Positions 1-10,763 of a stretch of DNA of 64,000 nucleotides are shown here, piece after piece. Both the position numbers and the translations under genes were made by a program. Position 1 is the first letter of the stretch. Each line of letters begins with the position of its first letter. The DNA is from Prochlorococcus sp. AG-412-F02 (lineage in GTDB: Bacteria; Cyanobacteriota; Cyanobacteriia; PCC-6307; Cyanobiaceae), in the NCBI GenBank assembly GCA_003214935.1, contig QCLA01000001.1, positions 136,492 through 200,491 of the forward strand, written 5' to 3'. The notes beneath the pieces were generated by a model that searched no databases, was not told the DNA's origin, and was given only the letters and a program-made list of their open reading frames with translations.

Positions 1-2169
1 CACTAGTCTATTTAACATCCATTGATCTAAAAGCGGTAACTGTTCAATTTCAAAATGATCATTTTCAGGTTCAAAATCATGGATATTTCCTAAAAGATAT
101 CTAGCAGTATTTCTCACTTTTCTATAAACATCTGATAGTTGCTTTAAGATATTTGACCCAATTGGTACATCTACTGAATAATCTACAGAACTAACCCATA
201 GCCTAAGAACATCAGCTCCATAAGCAGGTTCAGTTTTCTTATTATTGCCTCCATTAATAATAATATTTGGATCAACAACATTACCTAAAGATTTACTCAT
301 TTTCCTTCCATTCTCATCAAGAGCAAAGCCATGAGTCAAAACTTGTTTGTATGGTGGTTTATTATTAACAGCTACAGAAGTTAGCAAAGAAGATTGAAAC
401 CAGCCTCGATGTTGGTCAGAGCCTTCTAAATAAAGATCAGCAGGATATTTCAACTCATCTCTTTGTTCACAAACAGCTGCCCAACTAGATCCAGAGTCAA
501 ACCAGACATCCATAGTATCTGTTCCTTTTTCCCAAAGATCAGATTCGTTTAAGTAATTATCTGGTAATAAGTTCTTAACTTCCCAATCCCACCAAATATC
601 AGATCCGTGTTCACTGAATAGTTTTTGAATATGATTAATAGTCTCGCTATTAATGAGAATTTCTTTTCCATTTTTTTTATAAAAAACAGGTATTGGTACT
701 CCCCATGATCTTTGTCTTGAAATACACCAATCTCCTCTACCTGCAACCATAGAATCAATACGTTTCTTACCTGTTTTTGGCATCCATTCAACATCATCGA
801 TTGCTTTTAATGCCGAGGGTCGAAATCCATCTACAGATGCAAACCATTGTTCTGTTGCTCTAAAAATAGTAGGTTTTTTTGTACGCCAATCATAGGGATA
901 TCTATGTTTATAATTTTCTTTTAAGAGGAGCAAATTATTGTTCTTTAAATATTCAATAATTAAATCATTAGATTCCTTTAGGACATTTGATCCTTGGAAT
1001 TGCTCTGCCTTTTTATTCAGATTACCTTTTTCATCCACTATACAAGTTATAGGTAAATCATATTTTTGGCCAACATTAAAATCATCCATACCATGACCAG
1101 GCGCAGTATGAACAATTCCAGTACCAGTTTCAGTAGTAATATAGTCTCCACCAATCACAATCTTGCATTTCTTTTTTTTCGTTGGATGTTCATATTCAAT
1201 ATCTGCTAAACCTGAGCCTTTAACCTCCAGAATTATTTTGAATTCTTTATTAAATTTCTTACTAATTTCAGAAATTAAATTTTTTGCAAAAAGGTATGTT
1301 TTTTCATCTTCATCAATAGCAAAAACATAGTTTATTTTTGGATTTACCGCTACTGCTTCATTAGCAGGAATTGTCCAAGGTGTAGTAGTCCAGATGGTTA
1401 TAAAAGAATTTGTAACACTAAAAGATTGATCGCTATTAGTTTTTTCTTCTTGCAATTTTAAAAGAATCTCATCTGATACTTTAGTAATTTTTAAAGAAAC
1501 ATAAATACTTTTAGAATAATGCTCCTCTGGATATTCTAATTCTGCTTCTGCAAGTGCAGTTCTAGAACTTGGACTCCAATGAACAGGTTTCAGGCCTCTA
1601 TATATATATCCATTTAAGAACATCTTCCCAAATACTCCAATCTGGGCAGATTCATATTTCTTATTAAGAGTTAAATATGGATTATTCCAATCACCCCAAA
1701 TTCCCCATCTTTTAAAACCCTCCATTTGATTATTAATCTGAATAAATGCATAATCTGTAGCTTTTTTTCTTAAATCAAGAGCATTTAAATTCTTTCTTTC
1801 ATTAGAACTCAAAGTCTGTAGTACTTTTAATTCAATAGGTAATCCATGGCAATCCCAACCAGGAATAAAATGTACTTTGAATCCTGTTAAGGTTTTATAT
1901 TTATTAATTATGTCTTTTAAAACCTTATTTAAAGCATGACCCATATGAAGTGCACCATTTGCATAAGGAGGGCCATCATGCAATGTAAATGTTTTTCCTG
2001 AATTATTTGAACCTAATTGCAAATCAATCTTATTATCCGACCAAAACTTCTGAATATCTGGTTCTCTTACAACTGAATTAGCTCGCATTGAGAAATCAGT
2101 TTTTAGTAAATTTAAAGTGTCTTTATAAGAAAAGTCTGATTTGTTTTCTTTGTTATTTTGAGATTTCAT
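1..2169 (-). CDS. ileS: Isoleucyl-tRNA synthetase (3' end runs off the window)
   Basis: Read by eye: ATG at 2169, [32 protein letters not shown]...; [14 protein letters not shown] (HIGH motif), [30 protein letters not shown] and [10 protein letters not shown] (KMSKS) motifs. Absent from the ORF track because it has no stop in the window. Confidence 0.97.
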   Translation of the reverse strand, partial: MKSQNNKENKSDFSYKDTLNLLKTDFSMRANSVVREPDIQKFWSDNKIDLQLGSNNSGKTFTLHDGPPYANGALHMGHALNKVLKDIINKYKTLTGFKVHFIPGWDCHGLPIELKVLQTLSSNERKNLNALDLRKKATDYAFIQINNQMEGFKRWGIWGDWNNPYLTLNKKYESAQIGVFGKMFLNGYIYRGLKPVHWSPSSRTALAEAELEYPEEHYSKSIYVSLKITKVSDEILLKLQEEKTNSDQSFSVTNSFITIWTTTPWTIPANEAVAVNPKINYVFAIDEDEKTYLFAKNLISEISKKFNKEFKIILEVKGSGLADIEYEHPTKKKKCKIVIGGDYITTETGTGIVHTAPGHGMDDFNVGQKYDLPITCIVDEKGNLNKKAEQFQGSNVLKESNDLIIEYLKNNNLLLLKENYKHRYPYDWRTKKPTIFRATEQWFASVDGFRPSALKAIDDVEWMPKTGKKRIDSMVAGRGDWCISRQRSWGVPIPVFYKKNGKEILINSETINHIQKLFSEHGSDIWWDWEVKNLLPDNYLNESDLWEKGTDTMDVWFDSGSSWAAVCEQRDELKYPADLYLEGSDQHRGWFQSSLLTSVAVNNKPPYKQVLTHGFALDENGRKMSKSLGNVVDPNIIINGGNNKKTEPAYGADVLRLWVSSVDYSVDVPIGSNILKQLSDVYRKVRNTARYLLGNIHDFEPENDHFEIEQLPLLDQWMLNRLV

Positions 2170-2283
2170 ACTAAAAATATTGGTAATCAATAAAATTATT
2201 TAATTATTTTTATTTCTTGATAATTTTATTATTTCCCGATTGACATTGTTTGTTTTTATACATATCCAAGATAACTAATTGAT

Positions 2284-2730
2284 TTAATTTTGAGACTTTA
2301 TATTATCATTCTTATCATTTCTTACCCAATTTTTTTTATGTAAATTTTCATTATTCCTGTCAAACTTAAAAAAGTTTAGAGAATTCTTAAAATTTCTAAC
2401 TGCAAGAGTAATCGCCTCTGAAATTTTTGAAAGATTCTTCTTAAATTCCATTAAAGTAGTTAATTTACTTTTTTCTTGCTCTGTCAATTGATTCCATCTA
2501 AATGAAAAGATCTCTACCAAATAAAAAACAAATAATGCTGTTACTAACAAGTAAATTGAAATAAATGAATTATCAAAGAATTTATTTTGAATAATTAAAA
2601 TTATTCCAATTAATAAATTCAGAAATGCTTTTATCAAGTCTTTTGGTCTACCAACTTCTAAATAAATTAAAGGTATAAATAAAAATATTGAGCCTATTAA
2701 AATATAAAAATAGCCTAAGTAAATTATCAA
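2284..2730 (-). CDS. Ycf66-family membrane protein (short form)
   Basis: 148 aa, TTG start; three hydrophobic segments with E..RPKD and RWNQLT motifs resembling the Ycf66 N-terminal domain; position next to ileS. Confidence 0.65.
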   Translation of the reverse strand: MIIYLGYFYILIGSIFLFIPLIYLEVGRPKDLIKAFLNLLIGIILIIQNKFFDNSFISIYLLVTALFVFYLVEIFSFRWNQLTEQEKSKLTTLMEFKKNLSKISEAITLAVRNFKNSLNFFKFDRNNENLHKKNWVRNDKNDNIKSQN

Positions 2731-2806
2731 AATATTGATTTAGGAATTAAATACATTATATGCAATTCGCAATCTAAAAATAACCAGGTATCAGAGTTCC
2801 CTTAAA

Positions 2807-2888
2807 TGCGGTCGGGGAGACTTGAACTCCCACACCCGAAGATACGAGTACCTAAAACTCGCGCGTCTACCAATTCCGCCACGACCGC
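2807..2888 (-). tRNA. tRNA-Leu (anticodon UAG), no encoded CCA
   Basis: Reverse complement GCGGTCGTGGCGGAATTGGTAGACGCGCGAGTTTTAGGTACTCGTATCTTCGGGTGTGGGAGTTCAAGTCTCCCCGACCGCA folds as a cloverleaf with a long variable arm; anticodon stem CGAGT/ACTCG around TT-TAG-GT. Confidence 0.97.
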
Positions 2889-3049
2889 ATATATAAAATC
2901 TTAGTTTAAAGAGGTATATATTAAAAATATTTTTAACTTAAGATAATTAATCTGACACATACTAAAAAGATCAAATCTTCTATCAAATTAGAAATTTTTT
3001 TAATTTAGTTATACAATCATCCTAAATTATTAGTTATATTAGCTAAAGA

Positions 3050-4081
3050 ATAAAACAAACAATTTCAAAATTATCTAGTAAAAATAAAACAAACATTCCT
3101 AATTCGTCAGAAACATTCAATTGGCAAAAGGAGATAAAAAATTATGTAGATCCACCAAGTTTTTGGAATCCAACATTAGGATTATTTTTTGGTGGTTATT
3201 TCCTGGCTTTTCTCAGTATATGGCAATGGTATAGAGGTGTTTGGCCTTTACCTTTATTAGTTGCAACAGCTTTTCTAGCTTTGCATATTGAAGGTACTGT
3301 AATACATGACGCATGTCATAAGGCTGCGCATCCAGTTCCTTGGATTAATCAAGCCATGGGTCATGGATCGGCAATACTCTTAGGATTCAGTTTTCCAGTT
3401 TTTACACGAGTCCATTTACAACATCATATTCACGTAAATCACCCTAAGAATGACCCTGATCATATTGTCAGTACTTTTGGTCCCATTTGGTTAATCGCAC
3501 CTAGATTCTTTTACCATGAAGTATTTTTCTTTCAAAGAAAACTTTGGAAAAAATATGAATTACTTCAATGGGGCATAGAGAGATCCATTTTTATAACAAT
3601 TATTTTAGCTGGAATAAAGTTTGACTTCATGAATATAATTTATAACTTATGGTTTGGTCCTGCATTAATGGTGGGAGTTACTTTAGGTATCTTTTTTGAT
3701 TATCTTCCTCACAGACCCTTTCGTTCAAGGAACAAATGGTTAAATGCAAGAGTTTATCCAAGTAAATTTATGAATCTAATCATTATGGGTCAGAATTATC
3801 ATCTAATACATCATCTTTGGCCTTCAATTCCTTGGTTTGAATACAAAATTGCCTACGAAAAAACCAAGCCATTATTAGATATTAAGGGCTCTCCGCAAAG
3901 AGTAGGCATTTTTGAAAGCAAGAAAGATATTTTTAACTTTATTTATGACTTATTAATAGGTATAAGAAGTCACACCAAAAAAAAAGGTAAGTTAAGAAAA
4001 TTTATCAATTTATATCCAGGCTTTAAAATAAAGAAATTTTTATTAAAGTTAATTAATAAATCAGCTATAGGAAAAAGCTAA
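3050..4081 (+). CDS. crtR: Beta-carotene hydroxylase (fatty-acid-desaturase superfamily); start uncertain, probably non-canonical
   Basis: His boxes HDACH, HLQHH, HLIHH. The frame is open upstream of the track's TTG (3281) to a stop at 3044-3046 and encodes a CrtR-like N-terminus (DPPSFWNPTLGLFFGG...); first plausible initiator is ATA at 3050. Confidence 0.88.
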   Translation: MKQTISKLSSKNKTNIPNSSETFNWQKEIKNYVDPPSFWNPTLGLFFGGYFLAFLSIWQWYRGVWPLPLLVATAFLALHIEGTVIHDACHKAAHPVPWINQAMGHGSAILLGFSFPVFTRVHLQHHIHVNHPKNDPDHIVSTFGPIWLIAPRFFYHEVFFFQRKLWKKYELLQWGIERSIFITIILAGIKFDFMNIIYNLWFGPALMVGVTLGIFFDYLPHRPFRSRNKWLNARVYPSKFMNLIIMGQNYHLIHHLWPSIPWFEYKIAYEKTKPLLDIKGSPQRVGIFESKKDIFNFIYDLLIGIRSHTKKKGKLRKFINLYPGFKIKKFLLKLINKSAIGKS

Positions 4082-4082
4082 T

Positions 4083-4376
4083 TCACTCACTAATAATTTT
4101 AGGTACTTTAAAAAATTTATCCTCTCTTGCTGGAGCTAAATCTAATAGTTCTGCAGAATTTTTATAATTTATCTTTTCATCCTTTCTTAATACATTAACA
4201 ACCTCAATAGCTCTTGCTGTACAAGAAATGTTTTCCGTATTAATTTTATCCAGTTGTTTTATATAATCCATTATTTTTGCTAATTGTTCTGCATGATTAT
4301 TGATTTGATCCTCGTTTAACTCTAGTCGTGACAATTGAGCTACTTTTTTTACTTCCTCTTTACTGATTCGTACCAT
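4083..4376 (-). CDS. gatC: Asp/Glu-tRNA amidotransferase subunit C
   Basis: 97 aa; ISKEEVKKVAQLSRL N-terminus, LRKDE, AP..E..FFKVPKII C-terminus. Confidence 0.95.
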   Translation of the reverse strand: MVRISKEEVKKVAQLSRLELNEDQINNHAEQLAKIMDYIKQLDKINTENISCTARAIEVVNVLRKDEKINYKNSAELLDLAPAREDKFFKVPKIISE

Positions 4377-4565
4377 ATCAATTGAATTGAATTTTCTATA
4401 AATAATACTTTATATTTAAATAGTTTATTAAAACATGTTTTAAATTGCAAAAACTTATAAAAATTGATTATAAATCTTTTCTAAAAATCAAGTTTAGTTT
4501 TCATATAAAAACCTAGACTTAAAAGTATTTGAACGCTAAAAATATAACTAGATTAACATTTAAAA

Positions 4566-5174
4566 ATAGTAGAACATTTTTTTTCTAAATCTTTTTTTTA
4601 TCGGCATTCTAAGTATGTTGCTCCAGATTTAATAGGATGCCAACTTATCAAAAATAACGATGAAAAGGGCCTAATAAAAGGAATTATTGTTGAAACTGAA
4701 GCTTATTCACAAGAAGAAGAAGCTTGTCATGGACACAATAAAATGACTCCATCAAATAAATCATTATTTGGCGAACCTGGAAGGTTTTATATTTACAAAT
4801 CTTATGGGATTCATCATTGTTTAAACATAGTTACTGATAGAGAGAATTTTGCAAGTGGAGTTTTGATTCGAGCTGTTTATATCTCTCAAGACAACGAAAG
4901 ATTAGCTGCTGGCCCAGGGCTAGTGACGAAAACATTTGGCATAGACATGTCATTAAATTATCTTAAAGTTCTTGAAAACAAATCTTTATGGATTGCCAAA
5001 AGAGAATCAAATCTTCAAAACAAAGATCTTGTTCAAACTACTAGAATTGGCATAACTAAAGCAAAAAATATAAAATGGCGTTGGTATCTAAAAAGTAGTA
5101 GAAGTGTAAGCAAAAGATTAAAAGGTGACAGAACACCTAAATTAAAAAAATCAACACATCATTTATCTTTATAA
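4566..5174 (+). CDS. mpg: 3-methyladenine DNA glycosylase (MPG/AAG family); start uncertain
   Basis: Upstream of track ATG 4743 the same frame encodes FFYRHSKYVAPDLIG...IIVETEAY..EEACHG (catalytic ETEAY); downstream YIYKSYGIHHCLN, GVLIRA, GPG, RIGI motifs. Confidence 0.88.
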   Translation: MVEHFFSKSFFYRHSKYVAPDLIGCQLIKNNDEKGLIKGIIVETEAYSQEEEACHGHNKMTPSNKSLFGEPGRFYIYKSYGIHHCLNIVTDRENFASGVLIRAVYISQDNERLAAGPGLVTKTFGIDMSLNYLKVLENKSLWIAKRESNLQNKDLVQTTRIGITKAKNIKWRWYLKSSRSVSKRLKGDRTPKLKKSTHHLSL

Positions 5175-5180
5175 AGCGTA

Positions 5181-6203
5181 ATGCAACCTTGGCCTCATAA
5201 ACATATCCATACACTAGCTAATTTTTCAATTGAAGATTATACATCAGTGTTTGAATTAGCCAAGAGATTTGACTCACTTAAAGATGCTGGAACAAAAAAA
5301 ATACCTGCCTTACAAGGGACATTGGTAACATCTTTATTTTTTGAAGCTAGCACAAGAACAAGAAATAGCTTTGAGCTAGCTGCTAAAAGGCTCTCTGCAG
5401 ATGTACAAACCTTTTCTCCAAACTCAAGTTCTTTAGCAAAGGGTGAAACAATTATTGATACAGCAATAACTTATTCCGCAATGGGAGCAGATATATTAGT
5501 TGTCAGACATCCTTCAAGTTATATAACTTATGAGATCGCAAAAAATCTTGATGCCTTAAATTCCAAGACTTCGGTACTAAATGCTGGAGATGGATTACAT
5601 AGTCATCCAAGTCAAGGATTGTTAGACATTTATACATTAATTAAATTCTTTTCCCCAACATTACTAAATCCAAAAGTTTTAAATTCTAAAAAAATTTTAA
5701 TCATTGGCGATATTAATCATTCAAGGGTGGCAAGATCAAATCTTTGGGCTTTGAGTGCATTTGGTGCAGACACAATCTTATGTGGGCCTCCAACATTAAT
5801 AAATGATGAATTTTTAAATTTTCTAAATAGTCCTTCTCCGAATCAATTAGAAGACCCTATTAAATTAAGAGGTTCAATAACAATTTCTAGGTCATTGGAG
5901 GAATCAATAAAAATTGCAGATGCAATTATTGTCTTAAGATTACAAAAAGAAAGAATGATGGATACTTTATTAAGCAGTATTGATTCTTATAGTGATAATT
6001 ATGGCTTAACCACAGAAAAACTATCTTTGAATAGCAAAGATGTTCCTGTTCTTCATCCAGGGCCTATAAATCGAGGTGTGGAAATTAGTAACAAAATAGT
6101 GGATGAATATCCAAATTGTCTAATTAATAATCAAGTCTCAAATGGAATTCCAATAAGAATGGCTTTACTATATCTTTTAAATAAATTCAAAGCAGAAATT
6201 TAA
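5181..6203 (+). CDS. pyrB: Aspartate carbamoyltransferase catalytic subunit
   Basis: [26 protein letters not shown] motifs. Confidence 0.97.
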   Translation: MQPWPHKHIHTLANFSIEDYTSVFELAKRFDSLKDAGTKKIPALQGTLVTSLFFEASTRTRNSFELAAKRLSADVQTFSPNSSSLAKGETIIDTAITYSAMGADILVVRHPSSYITYEIAKNLDALNSKTSVLNAGDGLHSHPSQGLLDIYTLIKFFSPTLLNPKVLNSKKILIIGDINHSRVARSNLWALSAFGADTILCGPPTLINDEFLNFLNSPSPNQLEDPIKLRGSITISRSLEESIKIADAIIVLRLQKERMMDTLLSSIDSYSDNYGLTTEKLSLNSKDVPVLHPGPINRGVEISNKIVDEYPNCLINNQVSNGIPIRMALLYLLNKFKAEI

Positions 6204-6541
6204 AGCAACTTAAGACTTTCTGTAAAAAAACCATAAAACAAACCTAATCTCAGAGAATCTATTAATAAAACTAAAAACTTTTTTTCCCTTTCAAGCCGAT
6301 AACTTCTTCTTAATTTTATCAAAATTTCGATAAAAACTACTGAAAATAAAGCAGCTACTGGATCCATCAATTCAACTACAGCACTTATCATTCCCAGGGA
6401 ACTGCCAAGAAAGTAACCAAACAAAAGCACAATTAAAGATAAAGAGTATCTTCGCCATGGATTAATTGCCCATGAACTTAACGTTTTAAGGTTCTCTACA
6501 AGCTTTATTTGGAAATTTGTATTTTGAGGTTTAAAAACCAT
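6200..6541 (-). CDS. Ycf20/DUF565-family membrane protein
   Basis: NPWRR motif, three TM segments, C-terminal G.FYG.F.E..KL. Confidence 0.8.
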   Translation of the reverse strand: MVFKPQNTNFQIKLVENLKTLSSWAINPWRRYSLSLIVLLFGYFLGSSLGMISAVVELMDPVAALFSVVFIEILIKLRRSYRLEREKKFLVLLIDSLRLGLFYGFFTESLKLL

Positions 6542-6579
6542 TTTTATGTTTATTGTTAATTTTAGAATTAAATGAGATC

Positions 6580-6768
6580 TTAACTTTCTTGAACTTTAGT
6601 ATTACTTTCTACTAATGCAAGTAAAGCCTCCATCTGTGCCATCATTCCTCTAAGTTCTCCAGGTTCAGGTAAAAGTCCGTCATCGTTAATACCTAATTGA
6701 ATTTCTCTTAATTCTTTTCTTAAATAGCGCAAATGACTTACAACTTGCTCCCTTTTTGCTTGTGACAT
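6580..6768 (-). CDS. Small conserved hypothetical protein (helical hairpin)
   Basis: 62 aa with AGAAGG-like RBS upstream; amphipathic helices either side of LLPEPG; same strand as DUF565 gene. Confidence 0.75.
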   Translation of the reverse strand: MSQAKREQVVSHLRYLRKELREIQLGINDDGLLPEPGELRGMMAQMEALLALVESNTKVQES

Positions 6769-6991
6769 AATACCTTCTTCATTTTAAATATTTTAAGGAA
6801 ATATTTTTTTATTAATAGAGAATTTAAAAATTTATAAACAAAAATGACGATCAATGTATTTAAAGTAATTTAGTATTTTTTATCTAAAAATTATTTAAAA
6901 TAATTTTGAAAATTTTTACTTTATAACCTTCTTCATATTCAAAAATTCCTTGAGGCTTTATTATTGATAACTATATTAGATAATTATCAAT

Positions 6992-7213
6992 ATGAAATTT
7001 ATTGATGAGAATAAAATAAGTGAAGAACTTGTAAATTCTTTTAATGAAGAAATGACTTTTGAACTTGCAAAAAGATTAGAAGATGAAAACTACATAACAC
7101 CATTTGATGGTTTAAAAGATTGGCATTTACTAAGAGCTTTAGCAATTAATAGACCTGAATTAACTGCCGATTATATTCATCTTCTTGATCAGGAACCTTT
7201 TGATGAAAACTGA
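6992..7213 (+). CDS. DUF2555-family protein (IsiD-like)
   Basis: LAKRLEDENY.TPFDGLKDWHLLRALA..RPEL...Y.HLLDQEPFDE signature; precedes coaBC. Confidence 0.85.
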   Translation: MKFIDENKISEELVNSFNEEMTFELAKRLEDENYITPFDGLKDWHLLRALAINRPELTADYIHLLDQEPFDEN

Positions 7214-8459
7214 AAATATGGAATCTAAAGTAAAGGTTCTCATCTTAATAACAGGTAGTATTGCTGCCGTAAGAATTCCTTTATTAGTTAGTCAACTAAT
7301 AAAAGAAAATTTTGAAGTAAAGTGCGTCATATCTGAAAATGCCAAAAAATTAATACAACCACTTTCTCTTTCTGTTTTAAGCAGGAACCCTTGCATTGTA
7401 GAAAACGACCAATGGTCACATCATCAATCAACCCCCTTACATATAGACCTATCTAATTGGGCTGACATTTTGTTGATAGCCCCCTTAACAGCAACAACAT
7501 TATCAAAATGGGTTAATGGAAATGCAGATGGATTAATTCCAAGCATTTTAATTGCAAATTTTAAGCCAATTATTGTTGCACCTGCCATGAATACAAAAAT
7601 GTGGCTTAATCAAGCGGTTCAAAAAAATTATTCTCTTTTAGAAAATCATAAAAATGTTTTATCCCTTCAGCCAAGTCAAGGTTTTCTGGCATGTGACGAA
7701 ATTGGAATTGGAAAAATACCACCTAATGATCTAATTCAATTAGCTATTGAGTTCATAAGCTCACAAAATAAAATGCATTATTGCAAAGACTTACTTAACA
7801 AAAGATTTCTAATAACTGGCGGTTGCACTTCCGAACAGATTGATGCTGCGAGAAATATAACTAATAAAAGTTCTGGAACTATGGGTTTACTTCTTGCTCA
7901 AGTAGCTAGGTTTAGAGGTGCTGAAGTAAAATATATACATGGGCCTCTAAGAATTAATAAAGATTTAACTGAAGGTATAAACAGTGTAGAGATTGAAACA
8001 AGTATTGATTTAAAAAAAGAAATTAAAAAAGAAATTTCTAGTTGTGACTATTTTTTCATGAATGCTGCTGTATCAGATCTCAAAATAGCCTCTGATACTT
8101 CAAACAAAATTCCTAAAAACAAAATTAAGGAATACCTAAATACAAATCTTGAACTTGTTCCTGATATTCTAAGAGATATTAGTGAATCCAAAAAACATAA
8201 CCAAATTTTTGTTGGATTTTGTGCCTTTACAGGTCCCTTACATAATGCAAGAAAAACAATAAAAGATAAAATAATAACAAAAGGTTGTGACTATATGTTT
8301 GCTAATCCAATAGATATTGAAGGTCAAGGATTTGGTCCTTCATCTAAAAATGAAGGGTGGCTCTTCGATAAAATAAATATGGAAAATCATATACAAATAA
8401 CGTCAAAAATTGATATCGCCAACAAAATAATTACCCAAATTATTTCAGGTAATAAATAA
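7203..8459 (+). CDS. coaBC: Bifunctional phosphopantothenoylcysteine decarboxylase/ligase
   Basis: ITGSIAA, HIDLS.WAD, PAMNTKMW, LAC.E.G.G, ITN.SSG.MG, NAAVSD motifs; ATG 7203 preferred to 7185. Confidence 0.95.
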   Translation: MKTENMESKVKVLILITGSIAAVRIPLLVSQLIKENFEVKCVISENAKKLIQPLSLSVLSRNPCIVENDQWSHHQSTPLHIDLSNWADILLIAPLTATTLSKWVNGNADGLIPSILIANFKPIIVAPAMNTKMWLNQAVQKNYSLLENHKNVLSLQPSQGFLACDEIGIGKIPPNDLIQLAIEFISSQNKMHYCKDLLNKRFLITGGCTSEQIDAARNITNKSSGTMGLLLAQVARFRGAEVKYIHGPLRINKDLTEGINSVEIETSIDLKKEIKKEISSCDYFFMNAAVSDLKIASDTSNKIPKNKIKEYLNTNLELVPDILRDISESKKHNQIFVGFCAFTGPLHNARKTIKDKIITKGCDYMFANPIDIEGQGFGPSSKNEGWLFDKINMENHIQITSKIDIANKIITQIISGNK

Positions 8460-8673
8460 TTAAAATCTTTATTTGTATTTTTTTGTAATCTTAATCATCA
8501 AAAATAATGTAATAGCTTACAATAATTGAAGTTTTTACATATCTAAAAAGCTACGGGTTGTTTCGAGGATTTAAAGACACTAACTTTTGTGCTCCTTGCC
8601 CTTGTAATATCCGTACTGAACATTTTAGGTGACCCTTTTCAATTCGTCACAGAACTTTATTGCTACTTTAATT

Positions 8674-9468
8674 ATGAGAATTCGTTCTTTCTTAGCTTTT
8701 GTTATCTCTCTTTGTTTAACTTTTGCTTTTGTCCCTCTTAAATCATATGCCTTCTCTGAGAGAGGAAATGCCCAATTTACAGATGTTGTTAATACCGGTA
8801 AAGCTAATGATTGCCCCACATTAGATTCGTCTCTTGTTGGATCAATATCCCTAGGTAGTGGAGACTCTCTTAAGGGAATATGCATGCATCCAACAGAAGT
8901 TTTTGTAAAAGTTCCAGGTTCTAAAAGAAAAGCGGCAGAATTTGTATCTACAAAAATTATCAGTCCTAGGAATAACACTACAGTTACGGAAATTTATGGA
9001 GATGTAAACTCAGGACAATTTACTGAACAAGGTGGTATTGATTTTCAACTTATTACAGTTTTAACACCAGGAGGATTAGAAGTACCATTCGCATTTTCAG
9101 CAAAAGAGTTAACAGCTAATTTACCTTCAACTATTGAACCAGGAACAGTAGTAAGTGGTACAACATTTACACCTAACTACAGAACTGGAGATTTTCTAGA
9201 TCCTAAAGCTAGAGCAAAAAATACTGGAGTTGAATATGCTCAAGGATTAGTTGCGTTAGGTGGAGATGACGAAGAACTAGCCAAAGAAAATATTAAAGTT
9301 GATGTAAATGGTGCTGGAGTAATTACCTTGTCGATTAATAATGTAGATTCAGATACAGATGAATTTGCTGGTACATTTGAAGCTATTCAGCCATCTGACA
9401 CAGATATGGGTTCTAAAGATCCACTTGATGTAAAAATCGTCGGAGAGCTATACGGAAGAAAATCTTAA
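8674..9468 (+). CDS. psbO: Photosystem II manganese-stabilising protein
   Basis: Signal peptide MRIRSFLAF...SYA; TGKANDCP, GGIDFQ.ITV..PGGLEVPF.FS.K, YRTGDFLDPK.R, QPSDTDMG motifs. Confidence 0.96.
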   Translation: MRIRSFLAFVISLCLTFAFVPLKSYAFSERGNAQFTDVVNTGKANDCPTLDSSLVGSISLGSGDSLKGICMHPTEVFVKVPGSKRKAAEFVSTKIISPRNNTTVTEIYGDVNSGQFTEQGGIDFQLITVLTPGGLEVPFAFSAKELTANLPSTIEPGTVVSGTTFTPNYRTGDFLDPKARAKNTGVEYAQGLVALGGDDEELAKENIKVDVNGAGVITLSINNVDSDTDEFAGTFEAIQPSDTDMGSKDPLDVKIVGELYGRKS

Positions 9469-9488
9469 ATCTAAAATTTATTCTCTAT

Positions 9489-9517
9489 AAAAGGGGGTTA
9501 AACCCCTCTTTTTTTTT
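9489..9517 (+). terminator. Rho-independent terminator after psbO
   Basis: AAAAGGGGGTT-A-AACCCCTCTTTT hairpin followed by a T run. Confidence 0.75.
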
Positions 9518-9544
9518 CTAAATTTATCTCAATAAAATCCAAAA

Positions 9545-10717
9545 ATGGAAATACAAAAAAAAACAAGGGACTTAAATGGACTTATACCCCCTTATGGTGG
9601 AAAACTAAAAGATTTAATTATTAAGAATGAGAATCTTAAATCTGAACTTCTTTCTAAAGTTTCATTTGAGCATGAATGTAGTGAGAGAAATGCATGTGAT
9701 GTAGAGCTTTTAATGATTGGAGCTTTTTCTCCTTTAGAAGGATTTATGGATGAAAAAAACTACCAGTCAGTAATCAACAATCATAGAGATTCAAATGGTT
9801 TACTTTTTGGCTTGCCAATTGTATTAGATACCAATAATGAAAAACTTAAGGAAGGTGAGACAATCTTGCTTACTTATAAAAAACAAAAATTAGCAATAAT
9901 AGAAGTAAACTCAAAGTGGGAGCCTGATAAATCCGCCGAAGCAAAACTTTGTTATGGTACAAATTCTTTAGATCATCCTGCAGTCAAGATGATCTTTAAT
10001 GAGAGAGGTAGATTTTATATAGGCGGCAAAATATATGGTTTTGAGATCCCCATTAGAGAATTTCCTTGTAAAACTCCTAAAGAATTAAGAGCTTCATTAC
10101 CTTCCAATTTCGATGTAGTTGCATTTCAATGCAGGAACCCAATTCATAGAGCACATTATGAACTCTTCACTAATGCCCTTCTATCAGAAAATGTTTCTAA
10201 AAATTCAGTTGTTTTAGTGCATCCAACTTGTGGGCCAACACAACAAGATGATATTCCAGGGAAAGTTAGATATTTGACATATAAAGAATTGGCAGAAGAG
10301 ATTTCTGATGAGCGCATAAAATGGGCTTTTTTACCCTATTCAATGCACATGGCTGGGCCTAGGGAAGCTCTTCAACATATGATTATTAGAAGAAATTATG
10401 GCTGTACCCATTTCATTATTGGTAGAGATATGGCCGGATGTAAATCATCATCCACCGGTGAAGATTTTTATGGACCTTATGATGCCCAAAACTTTGCAAA
10501 TCAATGTGCAGAAGAATTAATGATGCAGACTGTACCTTCAAAAAATTTGGTTTATACAAAAGAGAAAGGCTACATTACTGCTGAAGAAGCTAAAGAATTT
10601 AATTATCAGATAATGAAGCTCAGCGGAACAGAATTTAGAAAAAAATTAAGGAATGGAGACCCAATTCCTGAATGGTTTGCATTCAAAAGTGTAGTGGATG
10701 TTCTAAGAAAGTCTTAA
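9545..10717 (+). CDS. sat: Sulfate adenylyltransferase
   Basis: FSPLEGFM, AFQCRNPIHRAH, MAGPREA, NYGCTHFIIGRDMAG, LSGTEFR. Confidence 0.97.
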   Translation: MEIQKKTRDLNGLIPPYGGKLKDLIIKNENLKSELLSKVSFEHECSERNACDVELLMIGAFSPLEGFMDEKNYQSVINNHRDSNGLLFGLPIVLDTNNEKLKEGETILLTYKKQKLAIIEVNSKWEPDKSAEAKLCYGTNSLDHPAVKMIFNERGRFYIGGKIYGFEIPIREFPCKTPKELRASLPSNFDVVAFQCRNPIHRAHYELFTNALLSENVSKNSVVLVHPTCGPTQQDDIPGKVRYLTYKELAEEISDERIKWAFLPYSMHMAGPREALQHMIIRRNYGCTHFIIGRDMAGCKSSSTGEDFYGPYDAQNFANQCAEELMMQTVPSKNLVYTKEKGYITAEEAKEFNYQIMKLSGTEFRKKLRNGDPIPEWFAFKSVVDVLRKS

Positions 10718-10763
10718 TATTGTTTTATTATTACTATTATAGATTTATTGAATATTATTTACT

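Noticed and set aside
549-797. 82-aa ORF on - strand
   Set aside because: Alternative frame inside ileS with no motifs
2731-3049. tRNA-Leu as an island or prophage integration site
   Set aside because: No integrase, no duplicated tRNA 3' end seen, and core genes on both sides
8507-8522. TGTAA-tagc-TTACA palindrome upstream of psbO as an NtcA site
   Set aside because: GTA-N6-TAC, not the N8 spacing NtcA needs
8625-8978. 117-aa antisense ORF over psbO
   Set aside because: Shadow ORF of a conserved gene; no independent signals
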